NCBI GenBank assembly: GCA_951406725.2
Contig: OX597826.1
Coordinates: 39,494,001 to 39,558,000 of the forward strand
Length of the DNA stretch: 64,000 nucleotides
From: Octopus vulgaris
Taxonomy: Eukaryota
Reading direction: 5' to 3'
The notes under the pieces are model-generated. The model ran no database searches. It saw only the letters and a list, made by a program, of their open reading frames with translations, and was not told where the DNA came from. Shown one piece after another: positions 25,976 to 40,805 of the stretch; the stretch's first letter is position 1; each line of letters opens with the position of its first letter. A program made the position numbers and the translations under genes.

Positions 25976-27406
25976 TTGGCAAACACGTAACGATACATCA
26001 CTCTCCACGCGCGCGCACTTATTTACACACACAAACATATACACACACATACACATACGCACGCACACACATAACATTGCAAAGCAATTCTAAATATCAA
26101 AAAAAAAAGCTAGACTATAGATGAAACTCTGGATTGAGAGTTCGTTATATTTTGTTGTATTGGTATACAGTTTGACGTGTTTGTGTTTATTATATTTTCC
26201 CCATCTTTCAACCAACCCCAGCAACAATATTCAAGATCAGACTTTGTCCTAACCTCGGTACCCCTTTATAAGCATCCATCCGCGCACGCACAACAGAATA
26301 CATGAAACACCTGATATCGCTAAATGAAATATCAGCTCTACTGTTCTGTTCCTGTTTATCAATTGTTTTTGTTATGGCGCAGAGATAGGTTGGCTCACAT
26401 GCTGTTGAGACCTATGATGAAAAGCGTTCCAACTGTGACCATTCCATCGAATTTTCTCATTCCTGTTGTGTTATGACAACAATATGCAATGTGATCATTC
26501 TCCTTTTTGTGACGAACACAGGACGTTGTGATTTGAGGGAGATTTTGGCTGTTATTTCAAGCAGGTCGACAACTGTTACGTAACGACGCACCCACGGGAT
26601 CGTCGCTGTTTTTCTATTTACTATTTACCGTTTATGAAATTTTGGAAGCATGAGTCCTTGATATTTGCAACCGATAAATCAAAGAAACTCCATAATAAGA
26701 CCCAAAACTAAGCCTCTATAGAGACTTCTTGCTTTAGCGACGACCTCTCTGTAGTTGTATCCCATGTCTACAAGTAAACACAGCCACTTGACTAGCCCAC
26801 ACCAAATGGCCTTACGTATCGATTCCCCTAGCAGTGACATCAAGGTCATTTTATTTTACAACCAAGAGTGTAGGTTTTGCTTTCCAGACATTCCGACAAA
26901 TATCCTAATAGCTGACGTTACTTTTCCTGTAATCAAAGTTCTGAGTAGACCGGACTAATAAACCTAATATCAAACGAAACACCACAGAAGGCACAGTTCA
27001 ACGTTTAAAATAATGTTCCTATAGTGTTCAGTTTTGCTGTTAATTCTTCTTGTAACACTAGCTACAAGACACATGATCAACTCGTTCTGCTTTTCAACTT
27101 CATGGATTCTACATGAATATTTATGTTCCCAAAGAGGCAAAGTATAGCCCACTAAGTCATATGAAATGCATCAACTTGACATGGCCCGCAATAAACTTGC
27201 AAAGTTCCTTTATTTGGCTTGTTTAACATATTTGATAGATACGGTTTTCCCAAAGTTCATGAAGGAGATACGGCAGAATTCACACGGGAAATATGCCAAG
27301 GACAATCATGAAAGTATAGTAATTATGAGTGTGTAAACTGTAACGATAACCGAGATTGAATAAATATTTCGACGAAGATATCACACACGCACACACAAGC
27401 GCACGC

Positions 27407-27486
<80 letters not shown>

Positions 27487-27878
27487 TGTGTGCATATGTG
27501 TGTATGTATGTGTATTTCTACATAAGTATATGCGTATACACATATATATTGTTTCAAATCTGGAGTTAGAAGCAGCTCAGTCATGTAAACATTATCAATA
27601 TCACATACTTAATTTATGTGTGTTGTTAAACGCTTGTTACTTAAAAGACTTATAGACATATATACAATATAATCTATTTGGTGATATAGAATTGCGTTGC
27701 GCAATTAGAACAACACACATACATAATGTATGATTATATTATTCAACTGCTTTCAACGCAATAGTTGAATTTTGTACTTGTGCGGCGCTTTTACACATCA
27801 GCAAATAGACTATACTCTATTTATATATGCTTCTAACTGACTGTTGCAGATTCGTTTCGAAATTAGAGTGTGTACACA

Positions 27879-27919
27879 ACACTGATGAGTAGCTAGCACT
27901 GCGAAATATTAATATATGT
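27879..27919 (+). ncRNA. Candidate minimal type I hammerhead ribozyme (canonical core)
   Basis: ACA-CTGATGA-GTAG(ctagca)CTGC-GAAA-TATTAAT-ATA-TGT: intact CUGAUGA/GAAA core, 4-bp stem II, palindromic stem III (ATATTAATAT), AUA cleavage triplet, 3-bp stem I. Confidence 0.55.
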
Positions 27920-28168
27920 CATTCTCGTTTACTTCCGGTGCGATTTCGTTTCGCCTAAAGTTGAAGTATACTACATTTTTTGACTCTATACGTCATTATT
28001 AGACGACCTCTCTTAGACGAAATATTGCAGCTACAAGCATTCAGTAAGTCACATACATTACGTATGTTATATATATATATATATATATATATATAGATAT
28101 TTATATATATATATATATACATAAATACATATATACATATATATATACATACGTACATACATAGATAT

Positions 28169-28202
<34 letters not shown>

Positions 28203-28286
28203 GTATAATAAGTTAGTGGTACAACAATGCAAATATTTACTGGAAACAGTAGTCGATAATATGCGACACTATAGTAAAGATTCACC

Positions 28287-28330
<44 letters not shown>

Positions 28331-29289
28331 GCAAACATCTTTGCCGACGGCGAACATAAAAGATTTCATCCTACCTGTAAGAAGAACATTAAATATATGT
28401 CCAACTCAGATGTGGATAATCTAGGACCTAGGTTTCGAAATTTTCAAATTGCGTTTGTTAACGTTAATTTGATTTGTTCTCATTGGCTACATTCACCTAA
28501 ACAAAATCTCAAATGTCGGTACATTAATTCCAGCATATACCCGTCTATATATATATATACTCGAAAAGTAGAAAATTACACCGAAAGAAGAAAACTCCGG
28601 TGCTGGATAAATATTTCAACAAAGGATATACGTGTCATAAATACATATTCATCTCACGTAATTACAATAAATAAGATCCATTTAATGACTCGATTACTTG
28701 CTATTAGAATTCTAATAATAATCCTTAATTGTTTTCCACTTGAGATTATTAATGCCTTACTGAATAATATCAAATATTTTAAGTGAGAATAGAAACCGTG
28801 AGAAGAATTCATTATTGAGACCTTACAGCTTTTGACCAGGGCTCATCACGTTTTAACAGTTTTATGTGAGTTTCTACTGAGCCACCTGGTTCACCTTCGT
28901 CTTATTATTATTATTGTTATTGAAATGTAAAAATGAGTTTGCATGCTACATTAATGGTTCTGTGTTGTGTTGTTGGTGTTATATGTTTTAGAGTTATATG
29001 TCTATAGAGTCCATGATGTGAGGGGTCGTGTTAGAAATGGACGACAACCATGTAGAATGGGGACTATATGAAGTTGTCGTCGCGTGTCATGTGTCAATTA
29101 TGCGAGAAGATGTGCTGTGTTAATTTATTGGGTGGTGATTGTAAAAGACATTTCCTGTGGCATAATATTTTCAGATGGGGACACTCCATAGAGTTTTTTT
29201 TTCTATTTCACAGGGTTGTGGTATGTGTAGTTAGCAGAACGCGAACTGTTTTAAATGTAGTTTTGAATTGGAATTGTGTTCATTAGGGT

Positions 29290-29600
29290 GTCAGCTGTGT
29301 CTAGCAGTACAACCTATCGCACAATGTGTAATATTGTGAACGCTGGTATAGTTTGTACGGTTTTGTTCATATTTTTGTTATGATCCCTACAGTGCCATTT
29401 TAATAATGTTGGTATTATGTTCACTTTCGTGTTACACTTACCGTAAATTTCAGTTTCTTTGTATTCTGATAGCTTCTGCTTCTTTTCCTGGTCAGTGCCT
29501 TGGTCAGAGAGGAGCAACATCTTTATCAGAGTAGCAGCGGTATATTTCTCTCCCCTTAATCATTATATTCAGGCGGTGCCGCATTGATCTAATTATCATT
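29290..29600 (-). mobile_element. 3' fragment of a restriction-like-endonuclease LINE (R4/Dong-like)
   Basis: Frameshifted PE/PDI...DVA.. and KKQKLSEYKETEI...KVNIIP pattern, typical of the PD-(D/E)xK domain. Confidence 0.55.
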
Positions 29601-29623
29601 AATACTATCATTGACAATAGTAG

Positions 29624-29754
<131 letters not shown>

Positions 29755-30391
29755 GCAATTCCAAATTTTAGCATAGCGCCATCAAGTTTGGGGAAGGGTG
29801 TGAGTCGATTATATCAGCCCCAATCGTCTACTGGTATTTATTTTATCGACCCCCTAAAGAATGAAAGGCAAAAGTCTACCTCGGGGAAATTTGAAAACAG
29901 GACTTAACGACGAACTAAATGCCGCTAAGCATTTTGCCCGGCGGGCTAAAGATTCTGCCAGCTCGCCGCTTTAACAACAATATTAATAATAATCCTTTCT
30001 ACTATAAGAACAAGACTTGAAATATTTGGTGTGGGGTAAATCGAATATATCGATCCCAGTACTCTAACTGGTACTTATTTCATCGACCTTGAAAGGATGA
30101 TGAGCAAAGTCGATCACAGTAGAATCTGAGCTTTAGAACATAAAGACGGACGGAATGCTGCTAACGATTTTGCCAGTTCATCACCTTCTTTAATAATAGT
30201 GAGAAAGAATCAAAGAAAACTGACGATAGGTACAAGCTTGGCTCTGGGGGTAAAAAGCTTGCTTCCCAACCACATGGTTCTGGGTTCAGTCCTACTGCCT
30301 GGCACTTTGGGTGTGTTCTACTACAGCCTCGGACCGACCAAAGCCTTCTGAATGGATTTGGTAGACGGAAAGTGAAAGTAGCCCATTGTAA

Positions 30392-30461
<70 letters not shown>

Positions 30462-33308
30462 CGTTGTGTCTGTGTTTGTTCCCCATCGCCGCTTGACAAC
30501 CGGTGTTGGTTGGTGTGTTTACGTCCCTGTAGCATACCGGTTCGGCTAAAGAGACCGATAGAATAAGTACTAAGCTTTAAAAAAGTCCTGGGATCGATTT
30601 GTTCGACTAAAACCCTTCAAGGCAGTGTTCCAGCATGGCCACAGTCAAATGACTGAAACAAGTAAAAGAATAAAAAATATATAATAAAGAAATGAAAAAT
30701 AGGTGTCCATACACTGATAAACAGTTTAGTCCCTTAAGATTAGAAGGGAGAAGGCGAGAAGAAACTTTCAAATTACAAGGAGCCCAAAATAAGGCAATAA
30801 AAACTAAATACGGATGTGTTTACCTGCTCCGCCTCACATTTAATTCCCAGTTCCCATTTTTTTCTCAAAACAATCAAAGACCTGATGGAACAACAAAACG
30901 AACTGAAGGGAAGACGAAGAAAGTGACCATAATGTGTTGGTTGACGATTATAGACTGAAATTTTGTAGAATATCTCAAAATGCTAGAGTATTATGGAGAA
31001 GGCACACATGCAGTCTATAAAGTCACAGACATTTTCGGATAAAGCAGTTTCGGGCATAGCAATTTCGTGGAGTTTCAAGCGTCCACGACAATGGGCTGCT
31101 CTGGCAGACCTATACTAACTAATGGTGTCTCACTCTTGTGGGTGGGTAACTCGAACATGTTTTTACATTAATATTATATCTTGTTTAATTATTGTGTATT
31201 TTATGTAATTTTCTATTTACTCTGTTTTTTATCAAATTTTAATAAGTTCACTGTATAATATTTGCACCCCCTCCCCTCGATTTTATATAACTTCATCGTG
31301 TCCGGTCCCACTTGTTTTGTAGCCTTCCATCCAGGTTTTAACGTTTATTAAATGTGTAAGTCCTTGAGGATAATAAAGAACAATTATTATCATTGTTATT
31401 ATTATTGTTATTATGATAATTTATATTTTATGCTGGAAGACATCTAACCTACTCAGACGTCATTCTTTTTGCCTCGGAGCGAAATAGTTTTACTGTGCGG
31501 AATATAGTTATACTTAAATTACTGGCAAAGTGATTGATTCGGAAAGTCTGGAGTCTATTTATGTAGGATCTAGACGAATTCCAAGTTACACTCTTCAAAA
31601 GAATAAAAGAGGAACGAATATTCACGTGCACAGGGCACGTAAGAAAAACCCAGAAAACATTGTACACAAAGAGACGAGATGCAACAGAAAAAATATATTA
31701 ATGACAATTATCTTGAGAGCATTTTGCTAATGTAAACGATACTAGTTTCAATGTTCAAAAACATTATCTCTCCCCCTCTCCTTTTCTCTCCCCCCTCTCT
31801 CTCGTACGCGCGCGTGCCCGGTACCAAACCAAAATACTAAAAACGTTAGATATGAATTCAGTTTTGTCCGTGTAACAAGTCAGACGGGGACCCGAAAATA
31901 GAGAATTTTCCCTAGTAAAGGGAGACTGCTGCGCGAGACAAGATATTTCTGTCTGAATAATACATACTACAACGAGCAAAATATAAATACCCTTATTTGT
32001 GATTTTTTAAGAGCAATTGGAAAATACATACATGCTTTATCTGGTGAAATTCTCTCATTTGATCTTAGTAAGGCATGCTGAACGGTATGCTGTGTTTTTA
32101 GTACCGAGAACTTGGCCTTAAAATAGGCTACCCATACACTCGTGCTCCAGTGTCTGAGGAAAAGAAATACAAAAGCTCAGTCGTTATACTTGTGTCAGTA
32201 AAAACCTTTTGAGGGCATTTTACGTTGAAGAGTTGAAAAAGTTAGAAAGGCGAAGACAAAGTCAAGACTGAGAACAACAGAGGCAGCAAGACCCATTTTC
32301 TATTACAGCTTTAATCACAGCTCCGGAAATGGCAGATCATTTTCCGGATATCATTTCGCGGCCGATGCTGGAAACAAATAAACAACCCATCTGTAGCAAA
32401 CACCGTTGGCACCCTATTTTCTCGTGATCAGCATGAAATAGAGGAGTACCAAGAAGAATTACCACCGAATGTACAAAAGGACAAAATCAAGGAAAACTTT
32501 GAAAGAGAAGAGTGGTTTCCAACAAGAGAGAAAAGAAAGTCTTTTTTATGAGAAAATAAGAGTTACTAGAGAGCTTTCTTAGAAGCTTGTAAAGTGGAAG
32601 GAGAAAGGGAGATAACGAAGGTAGCAGAAGGAAAGCAGAGTCAGCAATGCTAGCAGAAGCACCCTCATGCTACTGTTTCCAAAACATCACCTATTACAGC
32701 TCCATCAACGAAGCTGAAGCTGACAATCAGGAAAACTAAAAATCCTCTCTCAATAATATAAGTCCATCGTCTTGTGATAATAAAGAGAAAGAGAGAGAAA
32801 TAATTATATGAAAGCTAATGAATCCAAAACCAAAGTGTAGCTGAAACAATATATGAAAAGAATCCTGTTCCTAACGAAGACTGGCGAATGAAAATCATGA
32901 GCCTGAAATCAAAGAGGGTGTTCTGAAATGCAGTAATGAAGACGATCTTTTGTTCGAGGAAGGAGAAAAAGGGCAGGATTTTGGGCAATATTCAAACGAT
33001 GCATTTTTATTGAAAATTAGCACCATAAAACAATCATTTCCAGTTGATGTTGCATTCTATAAAGAAAATATTCAGTTGTATCTCGGTGTATCAATTTCCA
33101 AGAATGATTGGTAGACAGCCAAGTTAACTGAATGTGCTGACTCAACTTAGCTAATTGTTTGTCACCCATGTGGGTGGAGAGTAGCCCTATTCGTTTTTAA
33201 CCTTTCTTTAGATTATATATTTTGTTATTTATAACAATAATTATTATGATTATTAACAAAAAATAGTGAGACCTAGATTTTAGATCAGTAGAGGACTATT
33301 TAAATATA

Positions 33309-34142
33309 TTATAATTTAGAACAAAGAGTAAAGGGTTGTCATTATAGTCCTCGGAGTTTCGAATGTAGGAGCGAAAAGCTACGATACATTCTCGTCGGCT
33401 ATTAATGGCAACGGATGCTATGAAAAACCGTTGAATAAAGATGAACTTACTCTAACAGATAGAAAAAAAGATAAAAGAAAAAATTGCACGCAACCATATT
33501 CTCACAATACATAGACACAAATCTCCTGTGTTCACAACGTCTACATACGTACACACTCATACAAACATGTGTGTGAATATGTGTGTATGTATGAGTACGT
33601 CCATGCATATATGCTTGTGTGTGTATATGTACATGTACGTATACATGTTTGTGTAAGTGTGTACGTATGTAGACGTTGTGAACGCAGGAGATTTATGTCT
33701 ATATATTGTGAGAATATGGTTGCGTGTATTTTTTCTTTTTTTCTTTTTCTAACTATTAGAGTAATTTCCCTTTTATTCAACGGTTTTTCATAGCGTCTGT
33801 TGCAATTAATAGCCGACGAGAACGCATCGTAGCTTTTCGCTCCGGCATTCGAAACTCCGAGTACTATAATGACAACCTTTTACTGTTTGTTCTAAATCAT
33901 AACATATATGTGTGTATGTGTGTGTGTGCGCGCGTATGTGTGTGTGTGTGCTTTGTAAGTTTTCACACGTTTTGCTTTCTTTTAGTAATGAATCTATGTA
34001 TGAATTTCCCTTTTATTCAACGGTTTTTCATAGCATCCGTTGCCATTAATAGCCGACGAGAATGTATCGTAGCTCTTCGCTCCGGCATTCGAAACTCCGA
34101 GTACTACAATGACAACCTTTTACTGTTTGTTCTAAATTATAA
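33309..34142. repeat. Long inverted repeat (arms about 33309-33570 and 33643-33902) plus a direct partial third copy (about 34002-34142)
   Basis: ttataatttagaacaaagagtaaagggttgtcattatagtcctcggagtttcgaatg... is the reverse complement of ...cattcgaaactccgagtactataatgacaaccttttactgtttgttctaaatcataa. Confidence 0.9.
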
Positions 34143-35083
34143 CACAGGAGTGTTATTTGCTAACCAACCACATGGTTCCGGGTTCAGTCCCACTGCGTGG
34201 CATCTTGGGCAAGTGTCTTCTGCTAAGTCCCGGGGTCGATTTGCTCGACTAAAGGCGGTGCTCCAGCATTGTCGCAGTCAAATGACTGAAACAAGTAAAA
34301 AAAAAAATGAATTCTACCTGATGGGAAAAATATCACGAAAAATGTAGGATAATTACTAATAAATTGAGAAGTGGATAGTCTGAACTCCGATAGCCCTGGA
34401 TAAAATACCTTCCAGTATTTACGGTCCAACGGCATTTCATCTATACGCTCTGAGTTCAAATTCTACCGAGGTTGACTTTGATTTTCATCCTTTCTAATTT
34501 GATAAAATAGCAGCCAGTCGAGCACTGGCGTCGATGTAATTGACTTGCCTCTTTCCCTGAAATTACTGGCCTTGTGCCAAATTTTGAAGCTAATATTTAT
34601 TATTAATTTAGGGTAGCGAGCTGGCAGAAACCTTACCACGCCAGACAAACATGCATAGCAGCATTTCATCGGTCTTTACGTTCTCAGTTCAAATGCCACC
34701 AAGGTCATTCCAAGGTCTATAAAATAAGTACCAGGCGAGCAGCGAGGTTGATGTAAGCGACGTAACCCTTGGCCCCAAATTTCAGGCTTTGAAGTATTTA
34801 ATTATACTACAAGTAATAGTTAGTTATATTACAAGCCTCGTAGTATTTAGTTACGTACCTTCTGAGTTCAAATAGTGCAAATCTCGTATTTCATTCTTTG
34901 GAGGTCAATAACAGACAGCAGTCCATTTAATTGATTATTATTCTTCCCTAAATGTGTTGCATTGTACTAAAATAGCGTCATTGTTCCGCTTGTGCCGCAT
35001 TTGATACCATATCTCCCTCGGATGATTTTATAGAAAATGTTGCCCTTTCATACTAAAAAAAAAAATTATGATAGAAGACATTG

Positions 35084-35127
<44 letters not shown>

Positions 35128-36899
35128 TGTGTGTGTGAGAGATGTCAGCGTATCCCAATCAACTACTATAATAAAGCCATGATAAATTGTGGGAAAACTG
35201 CACCATCATTACTAATGGTATCACGAAATCCTGATCTGAAATATGGTGTTTTGACTTCGTGCCACAAATCATAAGTCTGTCTCTTCTGTACTGTACTCTT
35301 TACACATAAGTTATTTTAGATATAAATTAAAAATTTAACTTTAGAAAAAGGTTAATATTTGTTGTTAAATCGGTAGGTTTATCCTATCATGAGTACGAAA
35401 TATTAAAAGTACTTGGACGTTTATCTACTCGTAAAATATCACGTAGCAGATATACTTTACCACTGTAAGTCAATTGTCGCATTATCACACTGTTTTTTTT
35501 TTTTTAACTAACATTAATGCTTTCGATTTTTCTTATAGACCAAGAAAATGAGAGAAACCTGCTTCGATATATTTTACTCAGGGAATCTTTTAAATGCATT
35601 ATAAAAATAACACCGCCTGTTTTTGTATACAGCTGATAACCATACAGCAAGAGGTCACCATCCTACTTGATAATGTTACACTAGATGACTATGTCATATA
35701 GAAAGAAGTCCTCTTCTTAACTTCAAGGACAACATGATAAAATTAGGGGAGACGATCCTCCAAAAGCAGCTAACTGGATACTGAATTTCTATTCGGTTTC
35801 GACCACCAGATATTTCTGCGAAATATTCTTATTGAACGATTAAAAACTGAACTGAAATTTGTAAAGATTTTGTATGAATAATCAAACTTATTCTAGGAAT
35901 TGTATCTCTATATGATATCTTTATCAAATAGAGATCTTCATAATTTTCTGTTTTCCTAACAGTAAGTCACTATCAGGACATTCCACACCTATAAAAGAAG
36001 CAAAGCCGGTGGCCAAATAAAAAAGATTGAACGAATATTCTTTTCTACTCTAGGTACAAGGTTCGAAATTTTGGGGGAGGGGATCAGTCGATTAGATCGA
36101 GTCAGTACGCAACTGGTACTTAATTTATCGACCCCGAAAGGATCAAAGGCAAAGTCAACCTGGGCGGAATTTGAACTCAGAAAATAAAGACAGCCAAAAT
36201 ATTGCTTAGCATTTCGCCCCGCGTGCTAAAGTTTCTCTCAGCTCGCAGCCTTTAAGATTGATTGAATATTATAAAATAAATAGTTTTCTTCTGAATTATT
36301 ACGTCTGCTTTAAAATTGCGTTTTATGCATCCAGTATTTTGAATCCCGAAATTGATACTTCAGCTCATGAATAATTCTTTGGAAAATCATGTCAGGAAAA
36401 ATATCTTCAGGGTATGAAACAAAAGAAGTGGGGGAAAAAACGATTCAAGAAATAAATGAAACTGAAAAGAAAACAAAAGGGAAAAAATACAAAACTAAGT
36501 TTCCTCGCTCTCTCTCTTTATTTTAACATATAATGGAATTCAAAAATCTTGTATTATATATCACTGTATTTCTTACTTTCCTTTCATGGTTTTAGGATAT
36601 TGCACTAGAAACTTTTGCCTTCAGGACAGAAATAAAGGAGCTATTGATTTGTAACAGGTTTTATTTTTAATTTCATTTCGATATTACAGTAAGTCAATAG
36701 CACGCTTCTTAAAAATATTTCTTTATTGAAAATGTGATAGAGTGGCTAAATCAGTAGAGTTTCTTTGCCGATTGCCTCTCCCTTTACATTCTGAATTCAA
36801 ACTCCTCTGGTGTCGACTTATTGCTTCCTCCTTCCAAAGTCGGTAAGATAGAATATCAATCAAATACTGACGTTGATTTAATCAACAGCTCCCTTCCAC

Positions 36900-39155
36900 A
36901 AAAGCGAGTTGCTTCCTGCCTGTGTTACAAATTTTGTTATTGCTCTCTTGAATAATGATGGCTGGCTAAACAGGCAGAGCATCGGAAAAATGTCTACGCC
37001 TCTATATGTCCTGACTGGTCTTTTACGGAGTTCATTCTCTTGCAAAAATTCAAACCAGTTCTCTAGTTTCAAAATAAACCATGCTTCTTATTTATCTTCT
37101 TTTCCCTTACCAATCTCGGTTCCCGCAAGTCCTTCACCAATTTGTTTCACAATATTTCACAATATATTTCACAATGTTTCACAATATAGCTTCACAATAT
37201 TTGGTTGAGGTACAGATACTCTATTTCTCTCAGATTCTTTCCATCATTTACAGCTACCAACATCAAAAACCTCATCTTACAAATTAGTTACAAGATTTAC
37301 TTGATTAATATCATGCCATCTTAGCAGAGTAATTCTATCCTCCTTATCCTCAACTGCAAGCAAGTGCCTCGCGCAGCTTTGCACATATCCTGTAGCGGTG
37401 CCTTTTCTGTTCTATCCTTTCGAATAGTCCCAACACAAAAGAGACCATTGCTTGAAAAGGCATCGATAAAAGGTAGAGAAGTGAAGACACCAGTATGCAT
37501 GATCCTACTGGTACACATTTTAAACATAATTTTTCGGTAACTGAAGAACCAAGTGTTTTACCTGCAATTTTATCTCCTGCACCTGTGTAAGAATAGAATT
37601 TCACTAAGAATCTATCTGGTCTGGCAAGACACCAAAACTTGAAACCATAGCGTATGAGCTTGCCTCTTATAAACTGTTTCAGTCCCTGATGCCCATAATA
37701 AGGCTCTGTTGCTTCATCAAGAGAGAAATGGTTACCCATTGATTCTACAAATTGGCAAAATTTATCATTTAGATGATCTAAAAATGGCCTAACCTTATTG
37801 ACTTTATCATAAGGATCGAGTTTACTGTTGTCATTGAAATGCAGATATTGATGTATTTTCTCAAGCGTATTTCTTGACATTGCATGACTAAATGGTTGTT
37901 TGAATCTGATCTAGCCTCTCAGTACATTTTTCTGCAGGGTAGTTTATTGTAGCCAGCTAATAAAAGGATTCCCTGCAAATCTCATTTTTGTGTAGTATAT
38001 TTAACGGTTCTCTGCAAATACGATTCATAATATTTTTAGAGAAGCACTCCTTGAAGACGTCAGTTGCCTCAGACTTGTTGTCCCTAAATTTTGTCATAAT
38101 CGAAGGTTCAGTTACACTGGAATCACAATCGTACTTTGCAGAGGACTGTTTCAATGGTTTTATTATTACAGTTCCGAGAACTTTTTTTTGTGTGTAAACA
38201 GTGCTACTTAACAGAGCTTAGTGTCACCACCTTATCTAAATCGAGAACCTCAACACCAGCTATACTATATGCTCTGATCTCATCTTTCTCTGCAATAATG
38301 CCTCCAGCAATGTCTCGCTAATTTGCTGAAGATTCTTCGCTGTCACTTGAAGCATCATCTTTATCTGAATCATTGCCATCATTTGGTGGATAAAGTACCA
38401 GTTGAAGCTCATCAGCATGATCAATTTCCTCAATAAAATGTTCAGTACCATCACCAGATTCGATTATATGTAGAATTTCTTCAGTGTCTCTTTCACCATC
38501 AAGTTTTCTCTTAGATATATTTAATGATCTAGATACATATATATTTCACTTGCTCTTATGCAAACATTAGTTTCTAGTAAATAGGCTACTTTTTATGAAG
38601 AAAATAAATAATAGATATAGAAAATTTAAGATTCAAGAGCTAAATATTTTAATTTACAATTGTTTAAAAGTTTTTTGGTTTATTGATAACAGAATTAACG
38701 ATTGTACATTCAAACCGGAAAAACCTAATTTTGAAATGTACACACGGATTCCCATCGTATAGTTTATTATACGCACATATACAAACGTTAATAAATCGCA
38801 ACTTTATTTACGTAGATTACTAAGACCTGTTTGGTTTGCAAAAATAATGTTTACTTAATAAAAAATACAAAAGCAAAATAAAATATTGCAAAACCTTTAA
38901 AGCATACAAATAAAAAAAACTTCCCACCGATAGCACTTCTTCCTCATTTCAAAATTTGACACTGAAAGAAACGAGTCTAGAACAATGTATAAATGATAAA
39001 ATTATGGCTTTGATGCCAAATATTGCCTGGTAGGTTATTATTCTTTATCTCCAGAGAGGCTTTTGATGCCTAAATTTATGAAATTATTTTATATGAATAT
39101 TTTCGTCTGAAATAAAAAAAAGCGTATGATAAATCATAGGCTGGGCAATAATGGG
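36900..39155 (-). mobile_element. Degraded piggyBac transposon (PGBD2/3-like transposase)
   Basis: MSRNTLEKIHQYLHFNDN...DKVNKVRPFLDHLN...SLDEATEPYYGHQGLKQFIRGKLIRYGFKFWCL. The candidate 5' terminus reads gtaa|CCCATT on the minus strand at 39155 (mutated TTAA). Confidence 0.9.
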
Positions 39156-39563
39156 TTACGCTGTGAATGACGCATCAGATTGTGTTTCTACATTGGAGAG
39201 ACTGATTCTTCCTGCACATGACCAATGTTTTATCACAAGTAGTTAAAAGACCAAAACAATGAAAATGGATCCTATTATTAAATGCAGAATGACCTACCAG
39301 CTCAGCATCTCCGACTTCCCAATCCCAATCCTAATTCTCGGTAGTTGATTTCATCAAATACGAAACAATTGTTCTCTCTCCACTCTGTCTAAAAATCTTT
39401 ATCGTAATTTCATTGGTAGAACTTGTCAGTGTTATCAATTATATTTAAATTGCTAGGAAGCTGGTTTCATTGTATCTTCATTGAGGGATAGAAGTAGTCC
39501 CTTGGATGTTTCTACTTGCTGGAGAGAAAATTATTACTCCTATCTCTAGGCTGGTTTCTTCTA

Positions 39564-40805
39564 TCAGGTCATCCCATAAGTTCTGTCCGAACTTTGAATA
39601 ACGAAAACAAGTGATCAAATGTTATATTTAGTTGAAATTTAAACATCAATGTACTTTGCCTGATTATCTATGACTTCCTTCCATCTATTTACAAGCTTTT
39701 TAATCCCATCAGTGTAAAACTCTTTTGGATTCAAAGCGAAGAACTCTGAAATGTCATTTTCTACCTCCTCCTGGCTTACGAAAGTTATGTTCCCCAAATG
39801 ATTCTGTAAACTACGAAACAAATGGTAGCCTGAAGGAGCAAGGTCAGGAGAATAAGGCAAATGGGGAATTTTTCCCCCAACCAAGCTCTTCGATCTTCTG
39901 TGATGTGATCTTTGCAGTGTGGGGTCGCGCATTGTCCTGATGATTGGTTCAAACGCTCTAATTGCAGACAGTAGACTTGAGCATTGATTGTTGCATTAGG
40001 TGGTAACAATTCTAAGTGAATTACTCCTTTGCAATCCCTCCAGATAGAGATAAGAACCTTTTTTCGATGAAGTTACCTTCTCGGTTGTGGTTGAATTTTT
40101 TTTCCTTTTACCAAACCACTGTTTACGACATTTAATATTTCAATAGAAGATCCATTTTTCGTCACCAGTCACAAGTCTATCTAAAAAGGGTGAAATGAGT
40201 TCGTGAGAATGGAGAGAAGAGCAGATGTCAACTCAGGATTTGCGGTTGCTTTCGGGCAATTCATGAGGCACCCATTTTCCAAGTTTAGGAACCTTTCCAA
40301 GTTGTAGAAAATGACGATCAACAGTTGTATGGTTTGAACTAAGCTTTTACTCTCAATTCTTCAACTGATAATGCAGGATTTTCTTCAAGTAATGCCTCAA
40401 GGAGCTTATCATCAAACTCAAATGGACGTCCTATTCGATTTTCATCTTCAAGGCTGAAATCTCCACTTCTGAATTTTGCAAACCATCTTCTGCAAGTTTT
40501 TTTATTCAAGCATTCTTGAATAAAACCGAGTGTATGTTTCGAGTCGCTTCGGCTGCAGAATTTCCTTTTTTTTGTACTCATAAAGCATTATGTGCTTCAA
40601 ATGCTCTTTGGATACTTCCATATTAGAAAGGGTTTTAATCAAAGACATTTTAATTCTATTATTCTGTAAAATAATGTTTCATTAGTTTAAATGTACACAA
40701 ATGCATAAAAATAATTTTTAATTCCATTAGACATTCTAAAATACTATTAAATTTCATTCAATTTTAAAAAATGTAAAATCAGACAGAACTTATGGGATGA
40801 CCTGA
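39564..40805 (-). mobile_element. Full-length but frameshifted mariner element with TIRs and TA TSD
   Basis: TA|TCAGGTCATCCCATAAGTTCTGTC ... GACAGAACTTATGGGATGACCTGA|TA. Protein fragments RRWFAKFRSGDFSLEDENRIGRP, VTGDEKWIFY and HLPYSPDLAPSGYHLFRSLQNHL. Confidence 0.95.
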
